From positions 1-55,032 of IMG/VR virus record IMGVR_UViG_3300045020_000011: a stretch of DNA of 55,032 bases; one strand, 5' to 3'. Origin of the DNA: a virus. Its lineage: Duplodnaviria > Caudoviricetes. A program made the translations under genes and the position numbers. Below are positions 20,257-28,760 of the stretch, piece by piece. The notes under the pieces were generated by a model that was not told the DNA's origin, did not search any database, and worked only from the letters and a program-made list of their open reading frames with translations. Position 1 is the stretch's first letter. Each line of letters starts with the position of its first letter.

Positions 20257-20988
20257 TTATGCATACTTGAAGCCTCTGTCAACCTTTTTCATGTTCAGCA
20301 TGTCAGGGCCGACCTTGACCTCTCCGGCCAACGGTACATTCCACCCACACTTGAACACAAGGTTGAGGTTGTCAACAAGATCGTCAAACACGTCGTACAT
20401 CAGGTCAACCACCTGTGAGACATATTTCTTTGGTGCATCTACGACAATAGAATCGTGGACGGTCGAGATTAAAAAGACCGGTAAACCAAGCGAACGAAGA
20501 CGCCTCGCGAAGCTTATGCGGGCAATCATCATAACATCGGCACCAGTACCCTGTACCGGATAGTTTGTTAGCACTGTCCACGGAATCTTTACGTTTCCCC
20601 AATTGTCCCTCCCCAGAGGTATGCTCCATTGTCTTCCGGTTGGTCCCGTAATTGGTTCACCCCGTACCACGCTTTGACTCCACGCCACATGACATTCATG
20701 AATTCCTGCGTACTTAGCAAAGAACTTACGCCCAACTTCGTCCCAGTACTTGGGGTCGGTGGAGACGTGCATAAACGCCGGATCATTTGCAAAGCTGAAT
20801 CCACTTCCTCGGAATATTGTTCGGAAGAGATATATCTTTGCAATGAGTCTAGATGGTAGTTCAAAAGCCTTTTCGTTGAGCGAGTGCGTATCTTGGCCTT
20901 GCTTAACCTCCGTGATCCCAACTTGGTCTTGGCTAAGCTGGAGGATGGTACGCCATTCGAGTTGACTTGCATCACATGCGATAAGCAT
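20257..20988 (-). CDS. DNA polymerase family A, C-terminal part (palm/fingers)
   Basis: Motif A DASQLEWR, motif B RLIAKIYLF, NYPVQGTGAD, motif C VHDS. Confidence 0.92.
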   Translation of the reverse strand: MLIACDASQLEWRTILQLSQDQVGITEVKQGQDTHSLNEKAFELPSRLIAKIYLFRTIFRGSGFSFANDPAFMHVSTDPKYWDEVGRKFFAKYAGIHECHVAWSQSVVRGEPITGPTGRQWSIPLGRDNWGNVKIPWTVLTNYPVQGTGADVMMIARISFARRLRSLGLPVFLISTVHDSIVVDAPKKYVSQVVDLMYDVFDDLVDNLNLVFKCGWNVPLAGEVKVGPDMLNMKKVDRGFKYA

Positions 20989-22128
20989 TTAGTCATTGAA
21001 CCTACTTATGAAGATGTCTTGAGCGGCTCCGTCGAGATTCTGGAGGTTGGGGTTGCTGCTGCTGAGGCGACCGGTTTGTGCCACGCACTGGTTGAATTGT
21101 CCGTGCAACATTCCCTGCTCCCAGTTGCCATTGACATTTGCATTAAGTAACCCTCGATACGTCTTAGTGAGTAGAGAATCGAGTCTAACTTGTCGTTGGA
21201 TAAGCTCGATGATTCGCTTAGTAGCTCCTCGGGGACGCAGTTTAAGAAGAGTGTCTGCATTTGTCGCAAATACTCCTGGCTTTTTAAGCTCAGAACCTCG
21301 AAGGGGTTCGACCAGTCTAGGGAGTTCGTGTCCAATTTCTACCTTTTTATATTTTGGTTGTCCTGCTCGTTCACCTGTTTTGAAGAACCCAATATGCTCC
21401 TGACCTTCTGTCGTAATAGTCCCGCCATACAGAAAGGCAGACAACTGATCCCCAGACCCAAAATTAATAGGGATGCCAGGGTATATTCCAGATAGTTCAT
21501 CCGTGATCTGTTTAATCTCCTGTTCAATCTCTTGAGCGCGTTTATCACAAACCTCATGATCAAACCGAATCCCATTCCATTCCATTTCCTCAAGTATCAG
21601 TAGGTCCATGCACTGTAGGCGACACAATCGTTTCTGCTGCGGTGACATACACTCCTGTTGGCGTTGATACAAGCTCAACGTTAAGCGAGCGTCTTGTTCC
21701 GCATACTCTGCAAGTTCGTTCCAGGGTATGTCCTCCGTTTGGATTCCATTCTTCCAATACTTCTCCGCAATCACATCGATCTTGGTTCCTAAACCATAAC
21801 GTGCGCAAGATTCGTCCAGGCTTGGATATCTCCATGTTTGGTTACTCAGGATGAACTCTGCGACTTGGCAGCACCAGATTGGTTTGTCTCCCCAATCGAC
21901 TCCGAGTTTTCTAAGAACGTGGAGGTCGTATTTGAAATTGAAGCCAACGAGAATATCAGCCTGTCCAACTCGATTCGCAAGTTCAGCAATTGAGTTCTCG
22001 TCTGTCTTAGCTGCTCCCGTGTCTTTACTAGATGCCCAAGAATAGCAAATGTTTTTGAATCGTCTGTCAAAGGGATTCCCCTTATTCCATGTGTTGTTTT
22101 CAGTATCAATCGCTAGAGCATTAGACAT
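20989..22128 (-). CDS. DNA polymerase family A, N-terminal part (3'-5' exonuclease and thumb)
   Basis: ExoI DTE, ExoII FNFKYD, ExoIII YAEQD, TGRLSSSNPNLQN. Confidence 0.92.
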   Translation of the reverse strand: MSNALAIDTENNTWNKGNPFDRRFKNICYSWASSKDTGAAKTDENSIAELANRVGQADILVGFNFKYDLHVLRKLGVDWGDKPIWCCQVAEFILSNQTWRYPSLDESCARYGLGTKIDVIAEKYWKNGIQTEDIPWNELAEYAEQDARLTLSLYQRQQECMSPQQKRLCRLQCMDLLILEEMEWNGIRFDHEVCDKRAQEIEQEIKQITDELSGIYPGIPINFGSGDQLSAFLYGGTITTEGQEHIGFFKTGERAGQPKYKKVEIGHELPRLVEPLRGSELKKPGVFATNADTLLKLRPRGATKRIIELIQRQVRLDSLLTKTYRGLLNANVNGNWEQGMLHGQFNQCVAQTGRLSSSNPNLQNLDGAAQDIFISRFND

Positions 22129-22324
22129 AGTGCATGGTTACTGCAACAGAAAAGGTGATACCCTTAATCTCTCTCTCCTGCATATCAAGGTTGTACCCCT
22201 CAGCGTTACCCACAGCCGTCTCAAGGTCATCGAACACAGCGACAGGCAGAGCCGTGCCAGTTACATCATCGGTGCGCATCACCACATAAACCTGCGTAGC
22301 CTTGTAGCTCATTGTACCTCCCAC
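22121..22324 (-). CDS. Hypothetical protein
   Basis: Operon packing. Confidence 0.55.
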   Translation of the reverse strand: MGGTMSYKATQVYVVMRTDDVTGTALPVAVFDDLETAVGNAEGYNLDMQEREIKGITFSVAVTMHYV

Positions 22325-22494
22325 TCATGAAGTTCGTAATAGAGTCCGTCCGGTGCTTCGGCTTCCTTCGGTGCCATATATTCCTCAGCCTTGTCCTGAG
22401 TATCAAACACTGCGATGATCTCTTCCCCTTCGTAGGCATACCATTTGGTAACGATAAAGACCTTCATAGTTCTTTCTCCTCTGTCCAGCCACAA
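22309..22494 (-). CDS. Hypothetical protein
   Basis: MKVFIV...IIAVFDTQDKAEEY small phage protein pattern. Confidence 0.6.
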   Translation of the reverse strand: MWLDRGERTMKVFIVTKWYAYEGEEIIAVFDTQDKAEEYMAPKEAEAPDGLYYELHEWEVQ

Positions 22495-22655
22495 GTTTTA
22501 CAGGTACGGCGTTGATAAATATATCCGGCACTTGGTTGCCATTGGTTGTCATTCTTAGCACCGCAATGCTCACACCTCCAAGTAAACTCTACAGGGTTAG
22601 TCTTAAATCGTTTCAGGAAATTAAAGATCACGGTATCTCCCAACCATAGGTTCAA
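22464..22655 (-). CDS. Small zinc-ribbon protein
   Basis: CEHC...CKTC. Confidence 0.5.
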   Translation of the reverse strand: MNLWLGDTVIFNFLKRFKTNPVEFTWRCEHCGAKNDNQWQPSAGYIYQRRTCKTCGWTEEKEL

Positions 22656-23844
22656 TCAAAGTTTCCCACCGATCATGACGCTTCTGTGGGTCTGTATCTT
22701 CATCACCAGGAAGCTTGTTCTTACTCAGATGCATAAAGCGTAGATTGTCATAGCCAACATCGTTCACCTTTCCGATACCAAGAATCCAGTCCGCCTCAGC
22801 TTGTTTGCTTGTTTTGGCGTTAGCAACATTGGCCATAGATAGCCAACGCTGGCCTTCACCCGACCCATCTGCTTGGCATACCCCAATGATAGGACAATGT
22901 TCTTTCGCAAGTTCACGAGCCCAGATGTAAATGGAACCCAATCGAAGGTCTTCCCGGTCGTTATCAAACCCTTTGATCTTATCGATTTGATCGAACACAA
23001 CGAGAGACGGTTCATACTTAGCACAGAGTTTTTCGACTTGACTCTGCGTGATGCTTGCGCTGTCCACAAGTTTGATCTTACCTTGGGTTGCTTCATGATA
23101 ACGTTTCCTATTCCCTTCCAGGTCTGAGTACAGTTGAGTGAGGTCCAACCCCAAAGCTGCTTGGTAGCAGCGCAGCATTACTTCTGTTCCGACTTGCTCG
23201 TTGTTGAGCCAGAGTATTGGGCGTGCGCATTGTGAAGCCATATGAGTAACTTCACTTGCCAGGAAAGTGGTTTTCCCTGTTTCTGGTCGAGCAAATACGA
23301 ATCCAAAGTTCCCTTTACGAATGGACCCAAGAGCTTTATTGAGAGAGTTAAGACGCCATCGAAGACCTTCCACACTACGACTTGCATTAACAAGCTCAAC
23401 GAGGTCATCACTAACGAAATCAGCTTCACCTTCACCATCATCTACCTCTATTGGTTTACCTAGTTCTGTGTACTTATCCAGTATCTTTTCGACACTGGTT
23501 CGACCTTCGGCTGCTTCATATGCTTCAAGGGACAACTCACGCAGTAACCGAATCTGCCTGAGACTACCGATCAACTTCGCAATGCTTTCTTCGTTTGCTT
23601 CGTTCTTCTTGAGGTTGTCAAATACGCCTTGGAAGAACTCAAGGTCTCGCCGGTTTACAGAGAAGTACAGATTGGAAAGATCGTCTACTGACAGATCGGC
23701 ACTGTCTTCTTGCTTGAAGTGTGCGTCGATTGTACGGACGATGCCTTGGAGGTCCTTACTAAAATCAGAGACCTCTAGTTGGTTCCTGTGCTTATTGTAA
23801 TTGTCCTTGCTGAGAAGGAGTTTCAGTATGGAAATGTCCACCAT
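22621..23844 (-). CDS. Replicative SF4 (DnaB-like) helicase
   Basis: Walker A ARPETGKT, VVFDQIDK, CQA, KQAEADWILGIG, KNK. Confidence 0.9.
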   Translation of the reverse strand: MVDISILKLLLSKDNYNKHRNQLEVSDFSKDLQGIVRTIDAHFKQEDSADLSVDDLSNLYFSVNRRDLEFFQGVFDNLKKNEANEESIAKLIGSLRQIRLLRELSLEAYEAAEGRTSVEKILDKYTELGKPIEVDDGEGEADFVSDDLVELVNASRSVEGLRWRLNSLNKALGSIRKGNFGFVFARPETGKTTFLASEVTHMASQCARPILWLNNEQVGTEVMLRCYQAALGLDLTQLYSDLEGNRKRYHEATQGKIKLVDSASITQSQVEKLCAKYEPSLVVFDQIDKIKGFDNDREDLRLGSIYIWARELAKEHCPIIGVCQADGSGEGQRWLSMANVANAKTSKQAEADWILGIGKVNDVGYDNLRFMHLSKNKLPGDEDTDPQKRHDRWETLIEPMVGRYRDL

Positions 23845-24250
23845 ATATTTTTAATATTCCATTAGCAAATGCGATTAATTGTTCTGGTGTGGCATTTGAT
23901 TTCATCTGGTTTGCTAAATGGGAGATAATCTGAATGTTATCTCTAGTGTAAGCTTTGCTGGAATCAATACGGTCAATTGAGGCGTTAGACCACACATGCC
24001 CCCGGCCCGTGATGTTTGTCAGCTTGCAACCCAGATATGGACAGTACTCAGGAATCACAATATCCTCTTTCGTAATCTCAAAATCAATACCACGTTTCTT
24101 AGCGCGGGATTTGGCTGAGATTACCAAGCGGTTTGCTTGATCCTTTGCACGATGCTTGCGTGAAGCTATTAGATTTCTCTCTCGATACTTATCTTTATTA
24201 GCGTGATAATAATCAAGATGGTATTTTTTCTTCTTCTGTGTATCTATCAT
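23792..24250 (-). CDS. HNH-type homing endonuclease-like protein
   Basis: AKSRAKKRG.DF, CPYLG, SIDRIDSSKAYTRDNIQIISHLANQMK. Confidence 0.8.
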   Translation of the reverse strand: MIDTQKKKKYHLDYYHANKDKYRERNLIASRKHRAKDQANRLVISAKSRAKKRGIDFEITKEDIVIPEYCPYLGCKLTNITGRGHVWSNASIDRIDSSKAYTRDNIQIISHLANQMKSNATPEQLIAFANGILKIYGGHFHTETPSQQGQLQ

Positions 24251-24710
24251 CGATCAAGACCTTGTTTGTAATGAATTCTTCTAGGGCTTGTTTTACCTGA
24301 GCTTTAGTAAACTGTGCTCGTCGAACTACTTTACTCCGGTGGACTACTGGAGTGGGGTTATTCAACTTCTCGTTGTTACTCCGATAGGTTGCCAGCATTT
24401 CTCTCTGTGTTGTTAGCTTTAGATTCTCCCATTTGAGGTTAAGAGAGTTACCGTCTTTGAATCCGATTGGTTGGTCAGGTATCTCACCAGTCATGAAATA
24501 CCATGCAATTTTAGTACAGGATATTTTATAATCCTTAAATGTAACTACTCGATAACCTCTTGTTGAGGTAGTACCTGCAAGGTGTTGTCTACCTTTCTTT
24601 GCTACTAACCAAAGGAAGTTACCAGAATCAGGTTCATAAACCAACTGCTCTTTTAGTTCTTCTAAAATCTCTTTCATTATATTTATAGATATGCAGGGAA
24701 GAGAAAACAA
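24213..24710 (-). CDS. Degenerate HNH-like protein
   Basis: LVYEPDSGNFLW...AGT...GY N-terminus; the HNH motif is altered to IGFKDGNSLNLKWENL. Confidence 0.65.
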   Translation of the reverse strand: MFSLPCISINIMKEILEELKEQLVYEPDSGNFLWLVAKKGRQHLAGTTSTRGYRVVTFKDYKISCTKIAWYFMTGEIPDQPIGFKDGNSLNLKWENLKLTTQREMLATYRSNNEKLNNPTPVVHRSKVVRRAQFTKAQVKQALEEFITNKVLIDDRYTEEEKIPS

Positions 24711-24757
24711 ACTAAGAGAGCCTTGCGACTCTCTCTAAAAGAAAAGAGAAGATATAG

Positions 24758-24786
24758 ATCTTATGCTATCTTAGAGGGTCTGTCAA
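24758..24786 (-). promoter_or_regulatory. sigma70 promoter TTGACA-17-TAAGAT
   Basis: Minus strand TTGACA gaccctctaagatagca TAAGAT; upstream of the replication genes. Confidence 0.8.
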
Positions 24787-24830
24787 CCCCTAGCCAGCCT
24801 AACCTCTCCTTTCCCACCTCAGTACCTAAT

Positions 24831-24859
24831 ATTCTACCACGTTCAGTCTGTCTTGTCAA
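24831..24859 (-). promoter_or_regulatory. sigma70 promoter TTGACA-17-TAGAAT with extended -10
   Basis: Minus strand TTGACA agacagactgaacgTGg TAGAAT. Confidence 0.75.
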
Positions 24860-25068
24860 CCCCCGGTCCGTAGTGGGTCTCTTTGACTTCATGGGCCTGC
24901 TCTGCCTCTAGCCGATTCCGCTCGTTGATACACTTGCGGTTGTGCCAGAGCATTTCAAACTCAGCCTCGTCGTGGGACCAGCAATCCCCTTTGACTAGGC
25001 ACCAACCATTGTCAGTTAAGACGGACACCGACCAACGAGTAGGCTTGTCATGAACGATCTTGTACTGG

Positions 25069-25458
25069 TTAATCAGGGGTGTCGTTTTCAACTCCATTAG
25101 CGGGTTCGACGGGTGGGATGGGGGCATCTTTGATAATTGCCATATGCCCTTCATTACGCTCCAGAGCGATGCCACAGTGATTCTCCTGAAAGAAAGCAAG
25201 GAATGAACACATCCGACAACCACCACCCCAGGTAGGGGGCTTCTGCGCTTGCTCATATAGCTGAGCCTTCGCACAACGGCTTGAGATCGTCTCGTCAGGG
25301 TCTCCCAATGCCAGGGCATTACAGAAGCAGTCGAACGTCACCAGGACGTTTTGAATGTAGCTGTCAGCCGGGTGGTACGTGTACATCTTGATGACCGACA
25401 GGGGCATACGAACAGCCCCCAATGCAACGTTTCTTACATATTGTAACACTTTATTCAT
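25069..25458 (-). CDS. Conserved phage hypothetical protein (GDPDETISSR motif)
   Basis: D.FCNAL.LGDPDETISSR...C..L......HC. Confidence 0.7.
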   Translation of the reverse strand: MNKVLQYVRNVALGAVRMPLSVIKMYTYHPADSYIQNVLVTFDCFCNALALGDPDETISSRCAKAQLYEQAQKPPTWGGGCRMCSFLAFFQENHCGIALERNEGHMAIIKDAPIPPVEPANGVENDTPD

Positions 25459-25652
25459 TTCTCAAGTTCCCTAATCTTGTGTTGAAGTTCTGCGTTGATG
25501 GCTCGAAGCATATTATATTCGACAGTCAACTCCGTATATAGCTTTTCCCAATCACGTTCCAGATATCCCGCTTCATTAAGATAAAGGTGATCGGGTAATG
25601 GATGGCCCATCGCTACGGGGGAATCATATTTAGTCATTTTCAATCGCCACAA
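25455..25652 (-). CDS. Hypothetical coiled-coil protein
   Basis: Operon packing. Confidence 0.55.
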   Translation of the reverse strand: MWRLKMTKYDSPVAMGHPLPDHLYLNEAGYLERDWEKLYTELTVEYNMLRAINAELQHKIRELEK

Positions 25653-26325
25653 GGTCGCTGATCGGTGTCAGGAAGCTCAGACCATAGGGTACATCTGACA
25701 ACGGGCTGGCAGGTTGCACCAGTTCGGCAGAACCGATCACACACTGGTATAGAACGTCCACAGCAGGCCCGCCACTGTTACCCGGTAGTATCTGCCCATC
25801 GAACAGCACAAAGCCTTGTGCGTACTTCTTAGGCCCTGTAATGTCCGTTAGACTCACAACCGGATTGCCAACATGCCCGAACGACACACTCTTTGACCGG
25901 CCAAGCGGACCACCCATGACGACCAATTCTTCGCCGTAAGTTGGACTGAACGGACACACATCGAATCCACCCGGCCAGTTGATAGTCCTGTCATTTGTGG
26001 TGAGTGTCATGAGGTCAGGAGCAGACCCGAAGTTCTCGTCACCTTTCTTCCGAATATGGAACGGGTGCTTCTTACCATCCCCGAAGTCCACATGCAGAGT
26101 TTCAGTACCATCACCTTTGGAACAGTGTGCTGCGGTGACAATCTCATGCGTACCCTTCTTGACCCAACCACTACAGTACGTACCATCGTCCCCGGTGATA
26201 GACACAACACTATCGAGTTGCTGGAGAAGTGACGGCGTGGTGGTTGCTTCATACGACGTGTGGCCGAAAATCAACATCAACGTAATGAACGCCAGAGCAC
26301 CCAGCGCCGAAAAAGTTTTAAACAT
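25630..26325 (-). CDS. Membrane-anchored or secreted trypsin-like serine protease
   Basis: N-terminal hydrophobic helix; TAAHC, DL and GNSGG catalytic motifs. Confidence 0.88.
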   Translation of the reverse strand: MFKTFSALGALAFITLMLIFGHTSYEATTTPSLLQQLDSVVSITGDDGTYCSGWVKKGTHEIVTAAHCSKGDGTETLHVDFGDGKKHPFHIRKKGDENFGSAPDLMTLTTNDRTINWPGGFDVCPFSPTYGEELVVMGGPLGRSKSVSFGHVGNPVVSLTDITGPKKYAQGFVLFDGQILPGNSGGPAVDVLYQCVIGSAELVQPASPLSDVPYGLSFLTPISDLVAIEND

Positions 26326-26557
26326 TTTTTAACACCTCTTTAAGTTTGTCATCATCCATGATCGTGTTGATCATCTTGTAAGCTGCCCGAATTGACGAAC
26401 CCATCAGTTGATCCGGCGTGTACGTATTGTTCGGATTAGCAAGAGTACTTCCAAGAATACCAGAAGCATAACAGAGTAGCCTTTCCTTTTCGTTATAGTT
26501 CATATCTATATCCTTTCTCATATCCTTCAGTATAGCCTTCATCAAAACCTTCTCCAT
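26318..26557 (-). CDS. Hypothetical protein
   Basis: Operon packing; true start probably internal. Confidence 0.5.
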   Translation of the reverse strand: MEKVLMKAILKDMRKDIDMNYNEKERLLCYASGILGSTLANPNNTYTPDQLMGSSIRAAYKMINTIMDDDKLKEVLKNV

Positions 26558-26681
26558 AATGCTCCCTCAGTTTGGGAACGATTAGGTTTGCCATACGTTC
26601 CCTCAACTGTTGAGTATCATGAAACTCCCTTGCTACTGCTGTTACTTCATTAATGAGTAATGCTATCTCATGATCGTTCAC
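26493..26681 (-). CDS. Hypothetical protein with GxxEG repeats
   Basis: YGEGFDEGYTEGYEKGY; coupled to the primase stop. Confidence 0.55.
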   Translation of the reverse strand: MNDHEIALLINEVTAVAREFHDTQQLRERMANLIVPKLREHYGEGFDEGYTEGYEKGYRYEL

Positions 26682-27439
26682 TTCACCAGGTCCCTTATTG
26701 TTTTAATATCGTGCTCCTTTGGATCAGCTTCAGTCCAAACAACCCTGGTAGTAAGACCCAGGGCTGCGCCTTGCAGTGCTATCTTGGTTGCTTCATTACA
26801 CTTATCGTGGTCCAACCAAACAACCACTCTTTCATACATCTTCGCTAGCTGTGCTAGCTTTTCTTTTGACATCGTTGCACCAAAGCAAGGTACTCCGTCG
26901 TAGCCTGCGTAGCTGACTTTGATCCCGCTAATGCAGTCTTCAACAATGCAGCACGTGTCTCGATCTTTGCCTGTACTATATTTTGCAATAACCTTTTCTG
27001 GTGAACCTCCAGTAAAGAAGCGGAGTTTATGGGTTGTTCCTCGCTTGAAGTTACGGGCTTGCCACAGGACCACATCCGTACCTGCGCCATAAAATGTATA
27101 TAAGAGCTGCTCACGGCGGGGACTCCAGTAAACGTTATGTTCCATCAAGTTCCGTGGTTCCAGATCGTACTTCGTGATCCAGTCTACTACGGGTTTTGGA
27201 TAAAAAAGTACAGCGTCATCAGGATAGGATCGTACCGAATTGCCTTCTTTACTCCCCCCCAATCGTTCTGTAACCACTGGTCGTGAATACGGGTGTTCTC
27301 CCAATATCTCTGTGGGGCGTTGGTAGTACCCGCACCCGAAACAAAAGCCTGAACCCGAAGAGTAGAGCGCCAAGTTGTCCTTTGAGCCACACTTCGGACA
27401 GGCCGTATGCTTGAGAAAATGTGATTGTACGGCATGCAT
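26678..27439 (-). CDS. DNA primase (zinc-binding and TOPRIM domains), stand-alone
   Basis: CPKCGSKD...FCFGC, IVED, WLDHD, DPKE. Confidence 0.88.
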   Translation of the reverse strand: MHAVQSHFLKHTACPKCGSKDNLALYSSGSGFCFGCGYYQRPTEILGEHPYSRPVVTERLGGSKEGNSVRSYPDDAVLFYPKPVVDWITKYDLEPRNLMEHNVYWSPRREQLLYTFYGAGTDVVLWQARNFKRGTTHKLRFFTGGSPEKVIAKYSTGKDRDTCCIVEDCISGIKVSYAGYDGVPCFGATMSKEKLAQLAKMYERVVVWLDHDKCNEATKIALQGAALGLTTRVVWTEADPKEHDIKTIRDLVK

Positions 27440-27441
27440 TA

Positions 27442-27753
27442 TTACCTCTTCTTCTGCTTCGGAATGTGAGTGGCATTCGGTGGTGTCACCGTGATCTTCA
27501 TCACCTTCGGACAGCTATAATAATACTGTCCATTATCCGTGTTCATATCCCGACCATTTGGAACATCTGCCGTGTGAACTTGAATCGCGTTAGGTCTCTT
27601 TGCTTTTTCAATTACCTGTTGGGCGAGGTGCATTGATTGCTCGACATTAGGACAACTACAGTTAGGATTTTCACAATAACGATTGTTTCTCCATTCCTCG
27701 TATGTGAACTTTTCATTGCATTCCTTACACCGAACCAATCCGGGCCTACTCAT
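27442..27753 (-). CDS. Zinc-finger hypothetical protein
   Basis: CKEC...CENPNC; start re-assigned to ATG 27753. Confidence 0.55.
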   Translation of the reverse strand: MSRPGLVRCKECNEKFTYEEWRNNRYCENPNCSCPNVEQSMHLAQQVIEKAKRPNAIQVHTADVPNGRDMNTDNGQYYYSCPKVMKITVTPPNATHIPKQKKR

Positions 27754-27979
27754 AGTCGGCTCCAATTCCGGTATATCCAGTAAAGCCGAGATCATCGTGT
27801 TCATCATCGAGAATAGAATCATCACCAATCTCATCTGGTTCAATTACATCAGGAATATCGTCGGAGACAAAACTAAAACAGTGATCACACAGATCAATAA
27901 ATGTCCCAGACGTGCTGTACTTACGTGTTGATTCACGATCATTCAAGAGTTTGTTACAAGCAAGGCAACGCATCATCAT
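27746..27979 (-). CDS. Small zinc-finger protein with acidic C-terminus
   Basis: CLAC...CDHC; D/E-rich tail ending GADYE. Confidence 0.7.
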   Translation of the reverse strand: MMMRCLACNKLLNDRESTRKYSTSGTFIDLCDHCFSFVSDDIPDVIEPDEIGDDSILDDEHDDLGFTGYTGIGADYE

Positions 27980-28008
27980 TCCTTTGTTATATTAATAGGT
28001 AGTGTCGA

Positions 28009-28587
28009 TCAACGTTCGTTCAGGTCTGGGTCGTAAAACTCAAATGGTTCCGGATTAACTTGTACCTGATTTTGATTATTACGACGAAGGCGGGCCAGTG
28101 CATCATTAATCCGGCGCTGTTGCTCATTATCAGCTTGCGGCTGAACCGGTGCTGCCTGGGCTACGCCATTACCCCATCCCTGGACTGCTGGCCAATCGTA
28201 CATCACATACTGTTGTTGAGGTGCATTGTCCACGACCTTAGCCGTGACCTTCGGCTTGGCCTTCGCCTGTTCTCTCATCTTACGTGCCGTTACTTCTGGC
28301 GGTTCGATGGAGACAACTACATCTTCTTCGGTCATCCGATCAGGAAAGTTCTTGGCCTTCTCGCTAAAGATGATGATCCGGCCATTGATCGGACTCGGGA
28401 TAGCTTCTACCCCATCATTCGTTTCAAGGACGAGCAACGGTTGCTTGAGCTTCGCCGTGCCCACGTCTGCTGGAAGTATATGGAAGCACTCGCACAGCTT
28501 CTCTTCGATACACTTCTTGGTAAATCCAATACTCATCATGCCATCTGGCTGTGTTTCACACCAGATATCACCGTAATTCGTTTTCAT
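28009..28587 (-). CDS. Glycine cleavage H / lipoyl-domain-like protein lacking the lipoyl lysine
   Basis: IGFT...LPADVGT...LVLETNDGVEAIPSPINGRI...NFPD aligns by eye with GcvH (GIT...LPEVG...VESVKA....PVSGE....P). Confidence 0.7.
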   Translation of the reverse strand: MKTNYGDIWCETQPDGMMSIGFTKKCIEEKLCECFHILPADVGTAKLKQPLLVLETNDGVEAIPSPINGRIIIFSEKAKNFPDRMTEEDVVVSIEPPEVTARKMREQAKAKPKVTAKVVDNAPQQQYVMYDWPAVQGWGNGVAQAAPVQPQADNEQQRRINDALARLRRNNQNQVQVNPEPFEFYDPDLNER

Positions 28588-28760
28588 TTCTTCAAGTCCG
28601 TAAGAAGAAGTTTAGCCTTCTCATATAGAGAAGTGTCCTTCGAGCCGAAACCCCCCATCAAATGGGATGCTCCAGCCGCAATGATCTGGCGAAACTCAAT
28701 AAGTTCTTCCGCCGTTTCAATAACAATTGTGACAGGTGCAAATTCTTTTGTGATCTTCAC
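28584..28760 (-). CDS. Hypothetical protein (58 aa, GTG start)
   Basis: GTGA and ATGA coupling on both sides; MKITKEFAPVTIVIETAEEL... Confidence 0.6.
   Translation of the reverse strand: MKITKEFAPVTIVIETAEELIEFRQIIAAGASHLMGGFGSKDTSLYEKAKLLLTDLKK

Noticed and set aside
15928-22128. Z-genome (2-aminoadenine) system
   Set aside because: DUF5664 is present, but no PurZ/adenylosuccinate synthetase-like gene was found
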